The notes beneath the pieces were generated by a model. It did no database searches and was not told the DNA's origin. It worked only from the letters and a program-made list of their open reading frames with translations. Below are positions 51,726 through 61,400 of a DNA stretch of 64,000 bases, piece by piece. Position 1 is the stretch's first letter; every line of letters begins with the position of its first letter. Source of the stretch: Candidatus Micrarchaeota archaeon (lineage in GTDB: Archaea; Micrarchaeota; Micrarchaeia; Micrarchaeales; CABMGC01); assembly GCA_021792095.1 (NCBI GenBank), contig JAJYVH010000001.1, positions 445,324 through 509,323 of the forward strand, given 5' to 3'. Both the position numbers and the translations under genes were made by a program.

Positions 51726-54386
51726 CTACTGCGGGGTGAGCAGCCCGAGCGCCTGCCACTCGCTGGCCGTGGTCGAGATGGAAGACAAGCCTGGGGTGTT
51801 GTAGGTGCCGAAGAAGTAGGGATAAGTAACACCTCCTATAGCAACGCCGTTGTTGCCTTGGCCGCTGTAGTCGTTGGCGTTGCCGTTCAGCGGCCACCAA
51901 CCCACAAGATTGCCTGTCAATGGCATGCCTGCGATGCCCTCGTTGTAGAGTTGCTGAATTTGTAACGTTGAGAGCGCTGTGCTGTACATCTGCGCGTCAG
52001 CTACTGTTCCGTTGAAGTATGAAGCGGTGTTCGATCTACTGCCTATATACGCACTGGTACCGGAACCTTGTGGAGATAATACGCCACTGCCTGCTGCGCT
52101 GGCCACTTGTACTCCGTTAATCCATAAGCTTACTGCAGTTCCGTTATACCTGCTGGCTAAGAAGTACCATGTATTGAGTTGTATTGCACTGGCTGCGCTT
52201 TTTGCCTCAGACCAACAATTAGAAGTAGTACATACCCATGTTTCGGCTTCGTTTGTGCCACTGTCGTTAACTGCTATTATAGGATTTACCTCGTTGCCAA
52301 GAGCAGAATCCGCACCCAACACTTCCTGCCTTGAACCACAACAACTACCGATATAGTGCTTCCCTCCATTCCATTTTATCCATACGGTCATAGTGGCCAT
52401 GCTTCCTGTTAGGAGAGGAGAAGCGGTGGTTATAGATATATTGTCGAAGCCGTTGAGGTTGCCTATCTGCATGCTGCCGCTCTGCGCTTCCAGAGGCATG
52501 CTGCCAAGATACAGCTGCGGTATTGTGTTCGAGCCACAGCTGCTGCTCGACGTGCAGCCAAGGATTCCAGGGAGTGGTGCAAGCTTCGTGGGCACGGGCA
52601 CGTTCATTATGCTATCTCTACTGTAGTTCGGCAGCAGAGTGTATACTACGCTTGTGGCAACACCGTTGTTCCCCATTCCACTATAGTCATTGGCGTTGCC
52701 GTTCAGCGGCCACCAGCCCACCAATCCCGCGGTGCTTAGAGGTATGCCAGCGACGCCTTCCTGGTAGAGCCGCTGCACCTGTTGCGTTGAGAGCACGGTG
52801 CTGTACACTTGGGCATTTGCAAGGGAGCCTGTAAAGAAGCGGGTGCTATACGCGCCATCAGATCCTATATACATCGCAGGTGTGGGGGCGATTGCACCTG
52901 CTCCAGTGGATGTTGTGGTTAGACGGCCATCAAGGTAGCAGGATGGCACGCCACTGCTGCTTAGCACTAGGACTGCAAGGTGCCATCCGGTTCCTATGCT
53001 TGTTCCACAGTCTATCCACCGTACGTTTTCGAACAGCACCCACAGTTCATTACCTACATTGTCCCAATTGCTCCCTCCTACGCCTATGCCGTATCCAGAG
53101 CCAGGGGAACCTGTGGAACCCAATTTTACAAAAGCACCGTGATCCGATGTGGAAGGAATATACGCCCATACTGCTACGCTTACTGAGTTTACCGCAGTAG
53201 TAGGAAGTGCTGTAGATACGTTGCTGCTCACACCGTTGAAACTGCCTGCCTGTCTGTTGTAGTTCGAGAAGGTGAAGATGCCGTTTGTGGACTGCCTGTT
53301 GAAATAGGCTTGTGCCCTGTCGAGATAAGAAGGAGTGAACTGTGAAGCGAAGTAGTAGCCGTTAGCAACCGCGTTTCGCAGGTTCTCTATGTTCAGCGTG
53401 TCCAAGCCGGGGCCGTAGAGCAGCGCCTTAGTGCCACTGGGCAGGTCGGCGAGTATGCCGCTGGAACTCGGGTAGATCAGGTAGGGCACAGTAGGCAGCG
53501 TGGTCGGTGCTATGTATGCGATCAGGCCAGCGTAATTGTTCTCGCAGCCTTCCAGGCCAATCGCGTTGTACGTAACGATTATTGTGTTCGAGGCCAGCGG
53601 CGCTGTGGAGAATGCCGTTGGTATTGATGAGCATGAAGCACCACTCGTGCTGCTGCTCGGTAGCCAGTAGGTAGTGCCGTAAGCATATGTTAGAATGTTC
53701 CCGCTGCTGGCATAGGTGTTGCTTATGGTGCTAGTCAGGTTGTTGAGGCTGGAGAAAGTGACAGGCCTGAGGCGTCCTTGCTGCGCGTAGTAGAGGTCCG
53801 GGGTGCCGTTTAGCGGCAGCGATGCGCTTACAGGTATGCTATAATCGTACTTATTTCCCGAGGTGGTGTTGATGCGGAGCCGCATAGTGTATGAGATGCC
53901 TATGTGGTAGGCGTCTGGCTGGAACACACTTGGCACAGTTTCGCTGACGTTGACTGCCCCTGCGATGCCAAGCTGCGATATTATGGATTTGTTGTAGCTC
54001 CCTAGCGTAAGGTTGCCCATCGCGTTCTCAGGGTAGCCGGAGGTGTCGTTCGGCAGCGTGCCGTTCCTCACGAGGCTAGCGAGATAGAGGCTAGTGTTCG
54101 TTATGAAGTTGCCCTTCCTCAGACTCGGCGTTGATTCGTATGTGGCGAGCACTGATATGGCCTTGCCTAGGCTCGCAGCGGCAAAGGAGTCGGTGCTCGA
54201 GTTTATCATCGCACCGTAGTTGCTGGCTATCTCTGCTGTTGCGGTGGCTTGGGCGACGTTGCTAGCGCTTATGTTGAAGAGCACGAGGGCGAAGAGCTCG
54301 GCAAGCATAAGCATGAAGAGGAGCAGCATGAGTATCGTCATAAGCTGTCCTTTGCTGCTCTTATTAAGCGCCTTTGCTAGCTCCAT
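51726..54386 (-). CDS. giant pilin-like surface protein with class III signal peptide and two LamG-type modules
   Basis: 886 aa with N-terminus MELAKALNKSSKGQLMTILMLLLFMLMLAELF. Two junctions of the type ...LSTQQVQRLYQEGVAGIPLSTAGLVGWWPLNGNANDYSGMGNNG and ...LQIQQLYNEGIAGMPLTGNLVGWWPLNGNANDYSGQGNNG are present. The W..L(N/D)G...D.SG.GN.G signature is typical of Laminin_G_3/ConA-like domains. Confidence 0.75.
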   Translation of the reverse strand: MELAKALNKSSKGQLMTILMLLLFMLMLAELFALVLFNISASNVAQATATAEIASNYGAMINSSTDSFAAASLGKAISVLATYESTPSLRKGNFITNTSLYLASLVRNGTLPNDTSGYPENAMGNLTLGSYNKSIISQLGIAGAVNVSETVPSVFQPDAYHIGISYTMRLRINTTSGNKYDYSIPVSASLPLNGTPDLYYAQQGRLRPVTFSSLNNLTSTISNTYASSGNILTYAYGTTYWLPSSSTSGASCSSIPTAFSTAPLASNTIIVTYNAIGLEGCENNYAGLIAYIAPTTLPTVPYLIYPSSSGILADLPSGTKALLYGPGLDTLNIENLRNAVANGYYFASQFTPSYLDRAQAYFNRQSTNGIFTFSNYNRQAGSFNGVSSNVSTALPTTAVNSVSVAVWAYIPSTSDHGAFVKLGSTGSPGSGYGIGVGGSNWDNVGNELWVLFENVRWIDCGTSIGTGWHLAVLVLSSSGVPSCYLDGRLTTTSTGAGAIAPTPAMYIGSDGAYSTRFFTGSLANAQVYSTVLSTQQVQRLYQEGVAGIPLSTAGLVGWWPLNGNANDYSGMGNNGVATSVVYTLLPNYSRDSIMNVPVPTKLAPLPGILGCTSSSSCGSNTIPQLYLGSMPLEAQSGSMQIGNLNGFDNISITTASPLLTGSMATMTVWIKWNGGKHYIGSCCGSRQEVLGADSALGNEVNPIIAVNDSGTNEAETWVCTTSNCWSEAKSAASAIQLNTWYFLASRYNGTAVSLWINGVQVASAAGSGVLSPQGSGTSAYIGSRSNTASYFNGTVADAQMYSTALSTLQIQQLYNEGIAGMPLTGNLVGWWPLNGNANDYSGQGNNGVAIGGVTYPYFFGTYNTPGLSSISTTASEWQALGLLTPQ
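52663..52778 (-). repeat. 116-nt block, 114/116 identical to 59098-59213
   Basis: Aligned by eye, the only differences are ctatagtcat vs ctgtagtcgt. It encodes QRLYQEGVAGIPLSTAGLVGWWPLNGNANDYSGMGNNG in both genes. Confidence 0.85.
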
Positions 54387-56557
54387 GAGTATACGCCTAC
54401 GCTTATTATGTTGCTTACGCCTGTGGTGTAGTTAAGGACTGGCAGAGGAATGCTTGCTTTTGATACCACGTACGAGCCTGCAAAGGCAGGCAAAGTGTAA
54501 GTTGAAGTAGCATATTCAACTCCGCCTACCGCGAAACCAGGATTGGTGCCTGAGTAATCGTTGGCGCCGCCGTTGAGCGGCCACCATGAGATTATGCTGT
54601 CATTGGCCGGGGGCGTGCCCTGCGCTCCTTTTGCGTACAGTTGCTGCACTTGGCTCGGAGAAAGCGCCGTATTATAGACTTGCACGTCGGAAATCATTCC
54701 ATTGAAGTAAGAAACTGGGCTTGATGGGTCCTGAATTCCGATAGCAAACTTCCCAGTTCCGCTAAATATGCCAGAAGAATAAGGAATTGAATTGGAGAGG
54801 GACCCGTCAATATAGATTTTCATATTGTTTCCATTATACACGCCTACAACATTGTACCATGTACTTGGAGAAATTTGATTTGTGCTTATGAGTTCCACCT
54901 GGCTAGTGCTGGATCCGTCGGGACTCAAAAAGAAGTCTATTTTGTTGTCAGAATATACTTGCAGGTAATATTGACGTAAATTACCCAAGGACCACTCCCA
55001 TTTCCCAACTATTCCTTGCTGTACGTTTGCAGCATTTGTTTTTATCCATGCTGAAATAGTTAAAGCAGTTGATGGAGAATTCAACGATGTAGAAGATGCT
55101 GCTTCCACATAACTGCTCGCCCCGTTAAAGCTTGCCGCTTGGACCGTGTTGGTGGAAGGTCGACCAGCGAAGAAGCTGTAGTTGCCGTTCGGGTACAGGC
55201 TGTTGAGCAGCGTCATTCCGCAGCCGGCCTGCGAATTCGTGTACATGGTCGAAATGGCAGAGAGCAGAGTTGCCTGCTGCGGAGCAAAGCACGAACCATA
55301 GGCGAGCACCTCATTGCTTGCTACTACGTAAAGCCTGCCATAAGCCAGAGCCATATATGGGCTTATGGTGCCCTGCAATCCTGCAAACCATTCTAGGTTG
55401 CCTGTGCTCACGTTCTGTGCGGCAAGGCCGTTGGCCCACAGCGTGTATATCATCGAGCCCGTCACCACTGGTGTAGCGTTCGTGAGTGCACTGCCGAAGT
55501 AGCCCGGTGCGGTGTAGCTCCACTCTGTCGTGCTGCCTGTACTGCTCGGCACTATAGCGACATCCCCTCCGTTCGTCTGGTATACTGCATAGCCATTGTA
55601 GTATGCAGTATCAGTGACGCTTTGGCTTATTCCTACCGGGAAGCCCGCTGCCGTAGTGCCGTTGACGTATGTAGCGTTGGCTGAGCTGCCAGAGCCGAAG
55701 AAGAGCCTAAAGTTGGAGCCGACGGGCTTAGTTGGTGCATTGCCAACCGCGAACGCCTTGGAGTACACCTGCTTGGCCGTGTTGCCCGCATGCACTATTA
55801 TGTACAGGCTTCCAGAACTTGTCACTACGGCTATGTCGCCTCCAGCAATGGCGATCGCCACTGGGTTCGTGCCCGTGTAGTTGCTCCAGTATGAGGTGCC
55901 GTTGGAAGTGCGGTAGGAATGCACGTAGGCATCGCTCATCCCGAACACGAGTTGGTTGTCATAAGCTAGGATTGGCGAGGTAAGTGTGGCTCCAGCCGAC
56001 GAGATGGAGTTTGTGCTCCACGCTCTTGCACCAGTCAGCGCACTTACAGCGGTGAGGTTGGTGGTGTTGGCAAAGAAGAGCATGCCGGAGTAGAGCACCG
56101 GTGTTTTGGCCACGTTAGTAATTGTGTTTACGCTCCAGGTCAGCTTGTTTGTAGTGGCGTTGACCGAATAAATTATGTTATTTGCCGCGAAATATATGTT
56201 GCCATAAGCGGCCACGACGCTGGTGGTTATGGTGTTTTGCGGATTGAAGGCGAAATCAAGTATCGGCCTAGTAGGCCCGGAAACACCGCCGCTGTTGGCA
56301 TACGGCCCTCCAAGGAACCCCGGCGATGTCTCGTTGGCGCCCGCGTACTGCGCCATTATGCCCTGCGTTATCCAGCTGCTGTTAGCCACGGAGCTTATGC
56401 TTGTGCTTGCGAGGCTCTCCAGTATCGCCTCCGCATCGGAATAATGGATGGCGGCCGGCGCCTGGGCCGTGTATGTTACGTACAGCAGAACAGATATGCC
56501 TGCTGCCGCTATCACGAGCGCGAAGAGCGCGTCCATCGTGAACACTATGCCTTTCAT
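54377..56557 (-). CDS. pilin-like protein with PQQ/BamB-like beta-propeller and C-terminal LamG module
   Basis: 726 aa with N-terminus MKGIVFTMDALFALVIAAAGISVLLYV. Repeated propeller blades are seen: VVAAYGNIYFAANNIIYSVNATTNKLTWS, TPVLYSGMLFFANTTNLTAVSALTGARAWS, SPILAYDNQLVFGMSDAYVHSYRTSNGTSYWS. A LamG module and the junction IISWWPLNGGANDYSG follow. Confidence 0.7.
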   Translation of the reverse strand: MKGIVFTMDALFALVIAAAGISVLLYVTYTAQAPAAIHYSDAEAILESLASTSISSVANSSWITQGIMAQYAGANETSPGFLGGPYANSGGVSGPTRPILDFAFNPQNTITTSVVAAYGNIYFAANNIIYSVNATTNKLTWSVNTITNVAKTPVLYSGMLFFANTTNLTAVSALTGARAWSTNSISSAGATLTSPILAYDNQLVFGMSDAYVHSYRTSNGTSYWSNYTGTNPVAIAIAGGDIAVVTSSGSLYIIVHAGNTAKQVYSKAFAVGNAPTKPVGSNFRLFFGSGSSANATYVNGTTAAGFPVGISQSVTDTAYYNGYAVYQTNGGDVAIVPSSTGSTTEWSYTAPGYFGSALTNATPVVTGSMIYTLWANGLAAQNVSTGNLEWFAGLQGTISPYMALAYGRLYVVASNEVLAYGSCFAPQQATLLSAISTMYTNSQAGCGMTLLNSLYPNGNYSFFAGRPSTNTVQAASFNGASSYVEAASSTSLNSPSTALTISAWIKTNAANVQQGIVGKWEWSLGNLRQYYLQVYSDNKIDFFLSPDGSSTSQVELISTNQISPSTWYNVVGVYNGNNMKIYIDGSLSNSIPYSSGIFSGTGKFAIGIQDPSSPVSYFNGMISDVQVYNTALSPSQVQQLYAKGAQGTPPANDSIISWWPLNGGANDYSGTNPGFAVGGVEYATSTYTLPAFAGSYVVSKASIPLPVLNYTTGVSNIISVGVYSWS

Positions 56558-57096
56558 CAGCTAACACCGAAGCTCTTGTTCGTCCAGATCATTATCTGCA
56601 CCGTAGCCGGCCTGCCATCAAGCGTTGCCGATTTTGTTGCCGTCTGTATGGCGTACGGATTCTTGTTGAAAGGGTATGAGCCCATAGCAAGCGTTACGTT
56701 GCCAGTGCTTATCACTATGTAGTAATCGTATCCCACACCGATGAGCTGCTTCGTTGCCTGGTAGCTGGTGGAGTTGTGATTAGTCATCGCAGCCAGGGTA
56801 TATATCTTTGCCAGTGATAGCTGGCTCCCGGAGCCGGTGCCGAGGCCTATGCTCACGTTGCTCCATGAGCCTGTGTTGCTTATGTTCACCTGCGAGGCCC
56901 AATCCTGCGGGCTGCCAGGGGTCAGTATCCTGCTCTGCAGGCTCTGTGCCTGCGCCTGCATGTTCTGCAGTCCGAGGCCGTAAGTGCTGGAGAGCTGTCC
57001 GCTCATGCTGGACCACGCAAAGGTGAGCAGCACGAGCGCGGTGCCGAATATCACCATGGCGAATATCACGTCGAAGGACCAGAATTGCGCTTTCAA
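56557..57096 (-). CDS. small pilin-like protein (class III signal peptide)
   Basis: 179 aa with N-terminus MKAQFWSFDVIFAMVIFGTALVLLTFAW. Confidence 0.65.
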   Translation of the reverse strand: MKAQFWSFDVIFAMVIFGTALVLLTFAWSSMSGQLSSTYGLGLQNMQAQAQSLQSRILTPGSPQDWASQVNISNTGSWSNVSIGLGTGSGSQLSLAKIYTLAAMTNHNSTSYQATKQLIGVGYDYYIVISTGNVTLAMGSYPFNKNPYAIQTATKSATLDGRPATVQIMIWTNKSFGVS

Positions 57097-58367
57097 GATT
57101 TTTCACCTCTCGGTATAAAATTTGGCCCTAGCAGTGCACGCAGGACGTTTACTATTTCTATAGGCTCCTTGGGTTGCGCTTTCCTCATTCCACCGTTCCA
57201 GGAGAGTACGTAGCCTCTCTTCTGTCCGAATTTGTTCATGAAGAGAAGCAAGTTATCAGTATCTATGCGGCCGTATTTTACTTCCACAGGAACGCCTGCT
57301 TCGGAAACTATGTCGACTTCGTGTTTGTACGGGTCCCTCCAGAAGAACTCCGCTTCGAGTTCCTTTACTATGAGCCACTCGAACACCCTTGACTTGTAGA
57401 GAGGGTCATCTTTGAACACTAGCGTTGGTGCCAGTATTGCAGGATAGTACTTCTTCAGCTTCCTTTCTGTCTTCCTTCTGTTATTCGAATAGTTGTATAA
57501 TGATAACAGAAGAAATGAGTCGTGCAGGTATGAAATGTAGTTAGATGCGGATTGTCTAGAAATTCCAAAGTCTCTCGCAAGGCCCGTATAATCTAGCATC
57601 TGTCCTGGTTCGTACATAAGCATGTCGAGTATGCCCTTCAGGGCGTCTATATTTTCGATATCGAATACTTCAGGGATATCCCTGTATAGGACCTTTTCCA
57701 CAATGCCCTCGTATATGTATTTGCTTATTGTGAGTTCGTCTTTGGCGTCTATAAGCTCAGGGAAACCCTCTGTCCTGATGTATTCATTGAGCTCCCTTTT
57801 CAGTTCTTTCTCACGTATGAGAATGTTGTCGTATGCTTTGCCCCTGAAACCCAAGAATTCCTTGAAGGAGAGAGGATTCACTTTGAACTCAAACATTCTG
57901 CCGGCGAGGCTCTCCTTGGATTTCTTCCTGATGAAAAGCGATTCGGATCCCGAAACTAGTACCTTCGTGCTACCGGAATACGTGTCATAAATCGATTTTA
58001 CTTGGTTCTCCCACCCAGGCAGCTTCTGCACCTCATCAAGCACGAGCAGGTGCCTGCCTTCCCTCATGCTTTTTCCACTGATGCCCTCGTATTCCTTTAG
58101 TATGTCCCTTACCTCTGCGTCTTTTTTGTCATCAAAGGAGAAATACATCACGCTTTTCGGATCCATACCTGCTTTTATGCTGTCTTCGATAATCTTCATG
58201 AGCAGTGTTGTTTTGCCCACTCTGCGCAAGCCAGTAAGCCCTAGGATCTGCTTCGTGCCCATGAATCTGGTAAGCTGCGCGTATATCGCCCTGTCCTTGA
58301 AGTCCAGACTGAAGTCGCCTTCCCACCAGGGGTTCTTCTCGCGCAGTACGTCAATGATTTCTGCCAT
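57093..58367 (-). CDS. AAA+ ATPase of the AAA_14/DUF4143 (COG1373) family
   Basis: 424 aa with NPWW, ILGLTGLRRVGKTTLL (Walker A), LLVLDEVQKL (Walker B) and a C-terminal DUF4143-like region. It is visibly more AT-rich than its neighbours and overlaps the downstream pilin gene by 4 nt. Confidence 0.8.
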   Translation of the reverse strand: MAEIIDVLREKNPWWEGDFSLDFKDRAIYAQLTRFMGTKQILGLTGLRRVGKTTLLMKIIEDSIKAGMDPKSVMYFSFDDKKDAEVRDILKEYEGISGKSMREGRHLLVLDEVQKLPGWENQVKSIYDTYSGSTKVLVSGSESLFIRKKSKESLAGRMFEFKVNPLSFKEFLGFRGKAYDNILIREKELKRELNEYIRTEGFPELIDAKDELTISKYIYEGIVEKVLYRDIPEVFDIENIDALKGILDMLMYEPGQMLDYTGLARDFGISRQSASNYISYLHDSFLLLSLYNYSNNRRKTERKLKKYYPAILAPTLVFKDDPLYKSRVFEWLIVKELEAEFFWRDPYKHEVDIVSEAGVPVEVKYGRIDTDNLLLFMNKFGQKRGYVLSWNGGMRKAQPKEPIEIVNVLRALLGPNFIPRGEKS

Positions 58368-58460
58368 TCATAACCATCATAAAATCGATTTTACGTTATC
58401 TATGTATAACATTAAATATATAAATACGCGCATCCGAAGTTACGGTGCGTCCCAGCGCCC

Positions 58461-61400
58461 TCATGGCAACCAACTCAAGGGTATTGTGATCTCTGCAGAA
58501 GGTGGGGTCTGAGCGTTGTAGAGTTGCTGGACTTGGCTCGCAGTCAGCGTTGTGTTGTAAAGTTGCACATCTGCCACGGACCCAAGTATGCTTGGACCGC
58601 AATTCCTTCCTATTGTGTAGCCGAGGCTCGTGGGTACGGTGCCCCCTACTGTAGAAGTCGCAGTACCGGCCATCTTGCCGTTCACGTAAGCAATACTATT
58701 TCCGTTTGTTCTGTTGTATGTGATTACTACATACACCCATTGGTCAAGTGGCACAGCGTTATTCACGCTTGCCCAGCCGTCTGTACCTGCAATGTAGCCT
58801 GTTTCCCAATGCAGGCCTGCGTAGCTTGGGGTAGAAGGTTCGTTAGTTATAGAGAAACTGTATGCGCAGTTATTTGCAGGCGAAGTCAGCACGGAGCAGC
58901 AATTTCTTACTACATCCTCTTCTCCTGCGATAGAAGATACATAATACCATGCCGATATGGTAAGTTTTTGCCCTAGCTTGTTGGCCTGCTCTCCAATCAG
59001 CAAGGGGTGTCCAAAAGTTACTCCAGCGCCTCCAAATGTGCTCTGAGAAAGCGGAGGCGCAACTCTCTGTGACGCATACACAACATTCGTAGCCGTGCCG
59101 TTGTTCCCCATTCCACTGTAGTCGTTGGCGTTGCCGTTCAGCGGCCACCAGCCCACCAATCCCGCGGTGCTTAGAGGTATGCCAGCGACGCCTTCCTGGT
59201 AGAGCCGCTGCACTTGGCCGTCAGTTAATGCAGTGTGATATATTTGAACATTGGAAATTGAACCATTGAAATATTCGCCTGGCCCTCCGTAGCTGCCTAT
59301 GGTGGTTGCACCATTTATCGCGAGTGTACCTGCTATTTCGTAGCTGCAAGTCTGTTGCCCGTTAGTATAGCCCTTTAACGTAGAGCCGTCATAGGTCAAA
59401 CCTACCTGTACCCATGTGTTGCGGGGTATGGGCCCATTGTTGCAGTCGTACCAGCTGCCACCTACGTTTACGTAAGTGTCGTAATTATAAGTTCCGCCGC
59501 AGCCTGGCCCTTCTACTGTTCTTATTATCCATCCATTAGACCCACCACCATACTGTGCCATGGCGTCTTGGCATGTTGCGGTATTGCCTTTTTGGTAAAT
59601 CCATCCTATAACTGTGATTGTGTTAACGGCCAAGGTTGGAGGGTTTCCTATGTTGATGTCGCTGCTCACACCGTTGAAACTTCCGGCCAGCAGGCTAGTT
59701 GTGTTGCCATTCAGGTTGGTAGCGGTGGCAGATTTGGTAAAAGTGAGATTGCCGTATATCGTGCCGTTGTTGCCCATTCCGCTGTAGTCGTTGGCGTTTC
59801 CGTTCAGTGGCCACCAACCGATGATATTGCCCGGAAGGATAGGTGCGGCGCCCGTCCCATTTTGGTACAGTGTCCAGATCTGGGAAGGCGTAAGGGCCGC
59901 ATTATAGAACTGCACATTTGCCATTGAGCCATTGTACCAGCTTGTGGACGTGCCAGGTCCGCCTAGACCTTGTCCTACGTTAGTTTTTATACACCCAACG
60001 CTGTTCCCGCTGTATACCTGCACTCCGTCCACGTATGCAAAGGAGTTCGTGCTGTTCGAGCCTGTCACTATGAAAGTCCACTTGTTTTTTGGGCTCGAAG
60101 TAAGAGGTATTTTGACACTAGATTCGCCTCGTGAATTGTTGAAGAGCGCCAGCTGGAGGCCTGTGTCGTTGATGTTTACCTGATCCCACACCTGGGTACC
60201 CCCTGCGTTGTACTCTATGAATACAAAGACCCTTCCCTGCGCTGGGGGTGTATTTCTTTCTTTCACCCACGCCGAGCTTGTGAAACTGCACTGCGTGGTG
60301 CCAAATGGGTTGAGGGCTATTTGTGGTTGGCTAGGGCCCCAGAAGCTTGCGACATAGTTTGGCACATTCCAGTAGCCATAGAAGAGGCGATTGTCGCCTC
60401 CAGTGTAGGCATTGTTATTTCCGCTTAGATCTTGTGTGGTATTGCCCTGCCCGAAGTTGAGTGGATACCAACCTGTAAGGTTTGCAGCGAGCGATGAGTT
60501 GCCGTTGTAGGCTGTTGCCTTGACCAGCGCTTGACCGTTGTTTCCCTGTTGGTTCAGGAAAGCTATGGCTATGCCATTGGAATTCGTATAGTTGTTTGCG
60601 ACGGCATTGTTTCCGATGAAACTGCCCAGTGTTGTCGTGAAGCCCACGAGCGTATTGGCTACCGCAGCGCCTGCCTGGTTTGTCACCTTGGCGAAGAGCT
60701 CCGACACGCTCGGAAAGAGCAGGGGTCCTGTGACAACGCCGTTGTTCCCGTTGCCGCTGTAGTCGTTGGCGTTGCCGTTCAGCGGCCACCAGCCAGTCAG
60801 GTTCTGCTGGTTCACTGGAGCTCCACTTATGCCCTCATTGTATAAGGCGCTTATCTGGTTTGACGAGAGCGCTGTTTCGTATATCTGGACGTTCGCTATC
60901 TCTCCCTGTGTCCAATAGCCATAGCCAGGGCGCAGCGTGCCTATGCTCACATGTCTGGGCCAGATAGGTCCCGCGTTGCCTAGGGTTGAGGAGTTAACGA
61001 TTTGGCCGTTTATATACAGCACACTCGTCGCAGTATGGGCGCTCGGGTTGTATATCGAAGTGGCGGAGAGCATGTACCATGTGTTCGTGTACATCTTTTT
61101 GCTCTTGTCCGTTATCCAAGGGCCGAACGGACTGGCGCCAGCATAATAGCCGGTCCCTTGGTAGTAAGCTGCAAGCTGGAAGCGCCCTGTTCCATTATCG
61201 CACACAATCTCATTGCCCGGAAACGCAGGGAGGTTGATCCAGGCGGAGACTGTAACCTGATTGGTTACGTTGGGACCGGCCAGCGCTATTGTATTGAGCG
61301 CCTGTACTGCGCTCGTCTGGCCGTTGAATAGGGCAGCGTGGGCTGTTTCGCTAGACAGGCTGATGTTGCTCGGTATGCTGCTCGTGTTGGGGCACAGGTA

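Noticed and set aside
58870-59148. Recurrent small ORFs starting MAAERQRQRLQ (also at 60415-60789, and at 51589-51900 as MVAAERQRQRLQ), which look like a conserved small-protein family
   Set aside because: They are the +1 frame of the repeated WWPLNGNANDYSG coding junction (gTGGCCGCTGAACGGCAACGCCAACGACTACAG). The conservation is a by-product of the LamG module repeat.
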